Source: Lophium mytilinum
Taxonomy: Eukaryota
Direction: 5' to 3'
DNA: 64,000 nucleotides
NCBI GenBank assembly: GCA_010093605.1
Contig: MU004192.1
Location: forward strand, 318,882 to 382,881
Position 1 is the first letter of the stretch. Each line of letters starts with the position of its first letter. Below are positions 56,201 to 64,000 of this stretch, piece by piece. The notes under the pieces were generated by a model. The model was not told where the DNA came from. It saw only the letters and a program-made list of their open reading frames with translations, and did not search any database. The translations under genes and the position numbers were made by a program.

Positions 56201-57971
56201 TTCAAACGCCCTTGAGCCTACTTGTTGCAGACTCTATTCGTTTCAAGTGGAGATACATGTAATAGTACTCCTCTGATGCGGGGACTAGCTGCCGCTGAAG
56301 GGGAAGTGCCTCGAGGACTGATGTCAATCAGTGACTGCGGCCGCGAACCTCGCTGATTCTCTCCGACCCAACCATTTCGCATCCCGCGGCTTGATCTCAG
56401 CGCAAAGTCCCGAAGATGGCCTCCAGAATCGGGAAGCCGACCACGTTTGCGGCGCGAAACGGGCCAGGTACGTGCGCTTGTTTCGCGGACAACTGCATAC
56501 AACAACCATGCCGATTCGCCGATGCCTGTCACCGCTCTACGAGAGTAGGGCGTGCTGTCGAGCCTTGCTGGAGTCACCAGAAACATGGCGGATGGCGGAT
56601 CGCCATCGTGGTGATGCGTAGTGTGCATGTGTGGCTGTCGTGTCAGAGCCCAGCCGTAGCACATCCCTAGGAGCAACGACAGTACGATGAGTCTGCTGGC
56701 CCCTCTAGCGCTAACACGGCTACCGATAAAAGCTGGGGAAGGCCAGGGAGGCTGGGACGGTGCCAAACCGGGCGATTGCGTGGTTGGGTTTCCATGGCCG
56801 GTGTGTGCTGCGTACCTGGCAACCTGCGTTATGCTGGCGGCTCGAGCGTACATGGTATGATTTGCTGTATGGATTGGGTCTCTCAACAAGTGTCTCAGCG
56901 CCAGGAGCGCCAGAGATAGCCTGGAAAGGCGCAGGGTTTGAGCGGAAGCGGTGGTTAACGCAGTGAAACACCCTCCCTCGATCTTATCTCTCCACCCCTC
57001 GTCATTGTATCCAGCGTGGGACCTATGTACGCCCTTTCTGACGAATCGATACTATCTTTCCCTGGTCTGTGAGGAGAGTGATTTGCGTAGATACCTGCAC
57101 CATCAACGCCCTTCCTTTGAGCGTGTTGCTGAACTAAGCAAGCCTTGACGACGCGCCTTCCGGGTAGGTGTAGCAACCAACCGTTCAAAGAACAAAAGAA
57201 TATGAGCTATAAGACTAACAGTGGCAGCAGTACCGGCATACTCCTGCTCGAACGTTGCTCAAAGCAGTGGTCGATCATTCAAAAAACACCGTCTTTAGAA
57301 ACCATCCGCAACAGAGCTGTCATAGGAATACTTCATCGAAAAGCAAAGCAGTCGGTTGGTTATCCCTATATATCAGTGGACCAGTCGGCACACTTTAAAA
57401 CTATGCAAGCTGACCTGTCAATTCTCCCTCAGCCACGACTCTGACCCACTACCTTCGATAGCCGATCAAGCATCCGTTGGACACCGAAGCGATCGAGACC
57501 GGTATCGTCCCATCGACGTAGCAAACGAATATATTTCCAGCGGAGTAACGGTTCGGCGCGTGCACATATCCAACAAGATCCACTGCTGGCGTGTTTCTCC
57601 AACTTGGAAACTTGAAAAAGAGTCTATCGTCCGAAGATACCCAAGCCGCAGGCCTAACTATTCCACACCTATCACCTCACAGCGCCATCCGGTGAAGGCA
57701 GTTCTACGAGTAGAATAGCGTATGGTGGCGACATCGTCCTCGTGAGCCATTTCTGCAAACGCGCCTTCGCCAGCGTCTTCTCCAACCATTCAAGCACCGC
57801 CCTCCCACCAAACTTGCAAGCCAAACTTTGCTTGGTAACACCGCATCCTAGTCTTGCCATCGCATTGTCTCTGTTCCAAGTCCTTCCCGGCGTACTCTCC
57901 GACAAGGATCTTGGAGGACCGCTTCGACTCTCGAGTAGCGGCGTCGACCGCAAATGCCGGAACAAGTCTCC

Positions 57972-59421
57972 ATGATGAAGATCCAATCGCTGCTGAACCC
58001 GCTACGCAGCGACCTTTATGACTATCGCGACTCTAGTAGTCCTACTCCGACCAACATTCCCAGGTCTTTCATGGCGCACACTTCGACCCCAAAGAGGAAG
58101 AAGATACCGAAGGATGCTGCGGTGTTCACCGAAGGGTCGAAGTTCAAAGGCCCTGTCAACTATCCTCCTCATGAAGCGGGAGATGATGAAGAACTCGCTG
58201 CTTACCATCGCCAGTATCAGATTCATCCCGTAGGAGAAATAGGTAGGTACTGCCGCCACATACCCTACAACAGTGAGAAGAAGGATTTCATGGCCAAGAC
58301 TGGGAGGGAGAGTTTTGAAGGTAAGTGACCAACAATCCTACGATATTCTAAAGCAGAGCAAAGACTGACTCAGACAGTCTTCCAGTATACATTCAAGAAG
58401 CCCGGCGACGACAAGGAGTATCTGGTCTTGTGGGACTACGAGATCGGACTTGTCCGCATCACTCCATTCTTCAAGTGCTGCAAATACTCGAAGGTAAGTA
58501 CAGCAGTCGACTTCTTAACGAAAGTAAAGACTAATCTTTCCAGACGACGCCTGCGAAAGTATTAAAGCTGAATCCTGGGTTGCGGGATATCAGCCACAGC
58601 ATCACTGGAGGCTCATTAGCTGCTCAAGGTAAGCCGTATTTCTCAAACATCCACTCACAGGTAACTAAACAACGTCAGGGTACTGGATGCCATTCGAGGC
58701 TGCTAAAGCCGTGGCAGCCACCTTCTGTTACCCCATCCGCCACGCGTTGACCCCAATCTTCGGGAAAGACTTCCTCTCCATGTGTACCCTCCCCAAAGAC
58801 CCTACCTTTGGGAAATTCCTCATCAACCAATCGATAACTGATCAATGCACCGCCGAGTGCGAACGCTGGAGGCTGGACAGCGAAGATCGACAAACCTCCG
58901 TACGCGACCACTCCATGCCCATGGACGTGCCAGGATCACAAATCGCCTACCAGCCATGGACGACCAAGACTTTCATCCATCGACAGGCAAAGCCCGCCGA
59001 CATCGAAAGCGGATACGGTACTGACACTGATCAGAGCGATAAATATCTCTTCTCGCCACAAGTCTCGCCGACTAACAGGGCCTGGACTTCGATCAACCGA
59101 TCAAACTCCCCTGGTGAGATTCGCTCTGTGCCGGCTTTTAGCTCACCGAAGCCGTTGCTGTACTCAGTGCCGAGTGGTGTCGAGGAAGACCAGCCGAGGA
59201 ATAAGAGAGGGTTGTCAGAGATCAGTGACGAGTCTGACGATGTCGGATCACATCCCATGGCTTCTATCGAGCGGTCAGTCGAGCCGGAGCATACGAGCCT
59301 GGCAGCAAAGGCAACCGAGCGAGAAATGAACGCGGCCCAGCTTATGCTTCAGTTGAGCATGGACGACTCAGCACTCCGTGGTGACCATCGCGCCAAACGC
59401 AAGCGACGTGCCTCTACTTAG
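57972..59421 (+). CDS. APSES/KilA-N transcription factor, Xbp1/RgdA-like; introns 58321-58377, 58494-58543, 58629-58678
   Basis: Spliced [27 protein letters not shown]...[15 protein letters not shown]...[30 protein letters not shown]. Confidence 0.88.
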
Positions 59422-59764
59422 GTTCGTGTTTATACCGGAGGCGAGGGAGGTTTCCTGATGCACTTGAAGTCGCAGCGTGCATGTTGGGTTTCTGATTCAA
59501 ATTGACACACACATATAGCAGGAAGTATGTAGCATCGGCGGTGTTGTGTTCTTTTGCGGCATGCATGGCGACACGATTAACGATTGTGATATCCCGAGTA
59601 ATAGTTCTTATCTTTGTGGTTTATCTGCTTTATTAGCTAGGTTATTCAAGGGTTATTGAAGCAATGTCGGCACGTTTGTTAATCATGGGAAGCTTCGATT
59701 TATTAACGAATTTACCCTCTCACTGAGCTCCTTCATTCGTAATGACCGCTGGTTTCTTAGTCCC

Positions 59765-60656
59765 CTACTTACCCGTCGCCTTCAGCTTCGCAACCCTCGC
59801 AACAGTCCCCTTCACCACAGCCTCCTCATCGTAAATGTACGTAACGCTCTCCTGCGCAATCACCGCCTTCGCCCACTTCGAATAGTTCGGCAGCGCATCA
59901 AGCCCCTTGCCGAGCGACGCAGGAAGCGCCCCTCCCTTCGACAAGCTGTTATTCCTCAGCGCGAACGGCGCCGTGAGGGCCTGCACCACCTGTTAGCCAG
60001 CTACTCATTCTACCCTCTAATCTCCTCTCGGTTCAGCTTACCTCAGCCAAAGTGACCTTCTCACTGCCCCCAAAAAACGGCGCAGCATCTTTCAAAAGCG
60101 GCTCAATCTCCTTCTCCACCAGCCCCAGGAACTCCTTTACAAGCTCCTCCTTCTTCTCCTCGGACTCTTCGAGCAGGATCTTGAACTGGAACGACCCGAT
60201 CTTGGAGAACCACGTGTCGACGAAGAAGTTAATGCGAGCGCGCTTGAGGGCGCCTTCGGGGGTGTTGGAAGCCGGGAGGAGGTGCGAGGGGTGCGCGTCG
60301 GCGAGGAACTGCGAGACGATGCCTGATTCGGTGATGATTTCGTCTTTGATGGCGCCGTTGGAGTACTTGATGGATGGGACGAGGCCGCGTGGGTTCACTT
60401 CTAGGTACCAGGGATCGCGGGGGCGGTCGAGGTCGATGATGACCTGTGGGATATGGTTAACGGAAGAATGGAGTGAGAGAATGGGAGGATGTATACTTCC
60501 TCATAGGGGAGACCGATCTCTTTGAGAGTGATATGAGCCCTATGCGCCCATGGGCCTATGCTACATTAGTAATGCTTCCCGTCCAAGCGTTATGGCTGAC
60601 CCACAGCGATGGTTGGTGTAAAGGGTAATCTTTGGAGTGGTCCCGTTGGCGGCCAT
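59765..60656 (-). CDS. Glutathione S-transferase with CPW active site (omega-like); introns 60556-60604, 60444-60496, 59981-60041
   Basis: ITLYTNHRCPWAHRAHITLKE...WYLEVNPRGLVP...ITESGIV, plus GST-C motif PFFGGSEKVTLAE. Confidence 0.88.
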
Positions 60657-61531
60657 GATTGATGTTGGTGGGAGTGTTGAGATTCGTGCACGAGTCAGTT
60701 GACGTAAGGGTTGGTGCTGGAATGACACGGTCAGTATTCTTTAAGTCGTGGGGTTGAAAGTAATGCGCTACCATTAAACCGATTCGTATCCTTATATGTT
60801 ATCGTGCCCTCATTAGTATATTTATGCTCGGATGATGCAAGACACCCAGATTTCTAAGCAGGATGCCTAAAGCATGAGCCCCTCATCTTGTACCCCGCGT
60901 CATTAGCAGTGGAGATGGCGCTATCTTGCGGCCGACACCACTTTTGTCCGTATTTCTTGGGCCGGTTTACTGTTTACACTGTCTTGCTACTGTGAAGTTG
61001 AAGGATGCTTCGACACTGGCAAAGATCTGTACGAGATGGACAGAACTACAGGTGCATCGTCTTGTGTAGTCAGTGACTTCATTGAGCCACTTCAGACCAC
61101 GACATAAACTCCTCAAAAAAACAAACCGCAAGAAACATCACCTAGAGCCCTGTGAGAATGTATACGAAAGATTCGCTAGAAGAAATAGAATTGAGATGGA
61201 GCACTGTCGGATGAAGGTTTGTAGCTCTCTGTTCCACTAATCAGCGCCCACGTCCTCTTTTCCCCTACTTTCCGTCCGTCTCTCAATCCAGATTCCGATC
61301 TCAAACTCAAAAGCGCTTCTTCTCCTACGTCCTTTATATTCTATAGCGTTGCGGAGTAGTTGCGGCGGTTGCGGAAGCTATCACACGGACCAATCACAGG
61401 CCGAATCTGATCAATTTGTCAGCCACCCATCTCCACATCCAGCTTACACCCTCCCATCAACCTCCGCATATTCGCAATAAACCTGCCTGTCCTGATATAG
61501 AGTACCACTCCGCAATCCACCTCCGGCAGCG

Positions 61532-62731
61532 ATGGCGGACATCCCCAACCGCCGCAAATCCTGCGGAGCTTGCGTAAAGGGAAAACGACGCTGCGATGCC
61601 AAACTCCCCCGCTGCCAGCGCTGCGCGAAGAAAGGGATCGATTGTCTATATCCCGGGCTATCCTCGTCAATATCGGACACTCTGATTCCGGAACTGGACT
61701 TCCCATGGCTGGATGCAATGCTTAAGGCACCTGAAGCTTGGAACGGACATCTTGCGGAACAGTCACAGCGGATTCGAGACACCCTAGCCCCCGACGTTGA
61801 GGTGCTCCCGTTGCCAGACTTCTTACCATACGAAGGGCCGACGCAGACATCCCTCGCGAACCCAGAGATGACGTTCGCAGTCCGCGAATTCAAGACCTTC
61901 CCCGAGAAATGGGTTAAGGAAGGGAAAGCCCCATTCATCCACCCGCAACTCTACGCATCAAACATGCCACGCTCCCTGCAAGACGCGTACTCCGCCTGCG
62001 CCATCTACAGCACCAAAACCGAGCAAAACTCCACCGTAGCGTTCACCGTCATCGAATCCAAAGCCAACGAGCTGATCCGCGTCACTAAAACCGCGAACTG
62101 GACCCCACTGGAGGTCCTCGCGGCCGTGCAGAGTCTCCTGATCTTTCAGATCATCCGGCTCTTCGACGGCGATATCCGCCAGCGCACGTTGGCCGAAGCG
62201 GCCGAGCCTGTGCTGGAGCAGTGGACGCAGGACCTGCGCGACCGCACGGAGAAGGAAGTCGTCACGACGACGACGAATGCGGCGTCGTGGCGCGCGTGGC
62301 TGTTTGCTGAGAGCGTGCGGCGGACTATTGCTATGAGCTATACGCTCAAAGGCATGTACACGCTTGTCAAGAACGGGTACTGCACTATGGGAGCCGCGGT
62401 CACGTCGCTCTCGTTCACGGCGCAGCGGGCGCTGTGGGCGGCGTCGTCGATGTTTGAGTGGAGCGCGGCGGTTAGAGATAATCCGCCGTTCTGGTGTCAG
62501 AACATGCACTTCGATTCTGTGTTGCAAGATGGTAAGAGCTGGGACGTCGATGATTTCGGGATCGTGATGATGGTCATGTATAAAGGCCGTGACCGGATAG
62601 ATGAGTGGCTCCAGAAGGGGAATGTGGAGAGGAATGCGGTGTTTAATCCGGACCTGTTTGCGACTATGATCGAGACGATGCCGGATGAAGTGCATCCTGA
62701 TATGCTGCAGTATGCTTCGACGCTTCCATAG
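61532..62731 (+). CDS. Zn(II)2Cys6 transcription factor, intronless
   Basis: RRKSCGACVKGKRRCDAKLPRCQRCAKKGIDCLY, followed by PFIHPQLY, LAAVQSLLIFQIIRLFDGD and WLFAESVRRT. Confidence 0.92.
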   Translation: MADIPNRRKSCGACVKGKRRCDAKLPRCQRCAKKGIDCLYPGLSSSISDTLIPELDFPWLDAMLKAPEAWNGHLAEQSQRIRDTLAPDVEVLPLPDFLPYEGPTQTSLANPEMTFAVREFKTFPEKWVKEGKAPFIHPQLYASNMPRSLQDAYSACAIYSTKTEQNSTVAFTVIESKANELIRVTKTANWTPLEVLAAVQSLLIFQIIRLFDGDIRQRTLAEAAEPVLEQWTQDLRDRTEKEVVTTTTNAASWRAWLFAESVRRTIAMSYTLKGMYTLVKNGYCTMGAAVTSLSFTAQRALWAASSMFEWSAAVRDNPPFWCQNMHFDSVLQDGKSWDVDDFGIVMMVMYKGRDRIDEWLQKGNVERNAVFNPDLFATMIETMPDEVHPDMLQYASTLP

Positions 62732-63254
62732 GCTTCTCGCTTCTCGTTTCGCATTTTCGAACATTGGTTTTTAGGATCATAGGCTGGCGTTACTGGAATC
62801 GATACCAATCTGTCTCAATATAAAGAAATTTTGCAACGAAGAACGAACATCGCGTACGAATACTTTACAGGAGTGATGAAAATCGTCTCGGTTAGCTAAC
62901 TCGATCACGTGCTTCTCATAATCTGACACGCTATATAAAAGAGCTTCTTCTCCCTCTCAGCGATTGTGCTACCATAAGACGGAGAGGCGGCGCGCTCCAA
63001 TGTATGTTCTAGAACAGCCATAATCTAGTCAATTAAGTCCAAAGATGTCACTTGTCAAATGTGGCAACAATAATATGAACACCAGGAATGATTAATTACT
63101 ACCAAGTAGACCCATACATATGAAATAAACAAAAGAAAACCATGAATATACAGAAAACGTATGTGCTCATGAAAGCGACAACAATAAAAAGACAACATAA
63201 AGCCCCAACCGATCACCCCCCTTCAAGTCTCCACCAACTCATCAACAAACCGAC

Positions 63255-64000
63255 CTACAACTCCTCATCCTCCTGCTCCACCGGCACCTTACTCGTTCCG
63301 TTCTGCTTCCCCTGCGCATGCGTCACCGTCGTAACACCCCTCGCCGCTGCCCCACCCGCAAACTCCCAACTCCCCACCCCCTGCTCCTTAAACACGCCCG
63401 CCTCACTCTCCGCCTTCCCACCTCCAAACCCCTTCGCCGACCACTTCTCCACCCCCTCCAACCCCTTCCATTCTGCACTAGCCCCAAACACGCGGAACGC
63501 CTCCGCATTAAGCCGCTCATACTCCCCGGCCGCCTTCGGCCACCCACCAAGCCGCTGGAACGCAAGCTTCAGCAACACCAGATGCCGCTTCGCGAGCACC
63601 GCCTTCTCCGCTTCACTAAGCGCAGGGGTGTCATCCTCCTGCGCGCCAGCACCGCCCGCCACGCTGCCCTTAACGCTAACGCCGTGCTCAGCGAGGATCG
63701 CGGCAGCCGAGTCGTACTCGTCGTCCGAGTCGTAGCCGTCGCCAGCGCCGTCTTCGTGCACGAGGAGGCGCAGTAGGTCCTCGTGGATAAGCAGCGCCTT
63801 CTTGAAGTAGTCGCGCGCGAGCTGCGCGGACGCCTTGTCGGTCGCCGTTTTGGATTGGTAGAAGTTGCCAGTCGAGGTGTAGAGCTCCGAGAGGAGGAGG
63901 TACGTGTCCAGCGTGGCGGGGTGGCGGGCGCCGTGCACGCGGCGCATGTTGTAGGCGATGTCTTCGCATAGGCGGATGGCTTTGATGGGGTGGCCGGCGA
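63255..64000 (-). CDS. C-terminal part of a large helical-repeat protein, probably NACHT-domain type (5'-partial)
   Basis: Frame is open to the window edge. AIRLCEDIAYNMRRVHG...LLSELYT...LLKLAFQRLGGWPK resembles, from memory, the C-termini of fungal NACHT proteins. No NACHT domain is visible in the window. Confidence 0.65.
   Translation of the reverse strand, partial: AGHPIKAIRLCEDIAYNMRRVHGARHPATLDTYLLLSELYTSTGNFYQSKTATDKASAQLARDYFKKALLIHEDLLRLLVHEDGAGDGYDSDDEYDSAAAILAEHGVSVKGSVAGGAGAQEDDTPALSEAEKAVLAKRHLVLLKLAFQRLGGWPKAAGEYERLNAEAFRVFGASAEWKGLEGVEKWSAKGFGGGKAESEAGVFKEQGVGSWEFAGGAAARGVTTVTHAQGKQNGTSKVPVEQEDEEL

Noticed and set aside
56218..56889. 223-aa minus-strand ORF in the APSES upstream region
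   Set aside because: TTG start, Arg/Ser/Pro-rich random-like composition, no domain or splice support.

Overview
Gene-dense genomic DNA from a filamentous ascomycete, probably a Dothideomycete (inferred from short GT-AG introns with CTRAC branch sites and from gene style). About 19 protein genes can be supported: AP-3 mu (partial), TFIP11/Spp382, a 1039-aa hypothetical protein, a C2H2 zinc finger, a sterol glucosyltransferase-like GT1, two SDRs, RTF1, QCR6, a six-WSC secreted protein, MTG2/Obg, a mucin-like membrane protein, a SUR7/PalI protein, an F-box protein, SNU23, TOP2, an Xbp1-like APSES factor, a GST, a Zn2Cys6 factor and a partial NACHT-type protein. The most unusual part is a ~9.5-kb island (8.8-18.3 kb) between two convergent genes. 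It holds one intronless C2H2 zinc-finger gene. Upstream of that gene is a 4-copy array of a three-hairpin element with a compensatory base change. Downstream is a graded family of related satellites (108/97-bp, then 160-bp, then an inverted ~165-bp array) arranged around a symmetry centre. Elsewhere there is a 255-bp MITE with CAC...GTG ends and a 5-bp GC-rich TSD (Transib-like), a 729-bp RIP-scarred foldback element, a ~60-bp motif-plus-spacer array, and a reading frame interrupted only by TAG codons. All calls were made by eye with no database searches.
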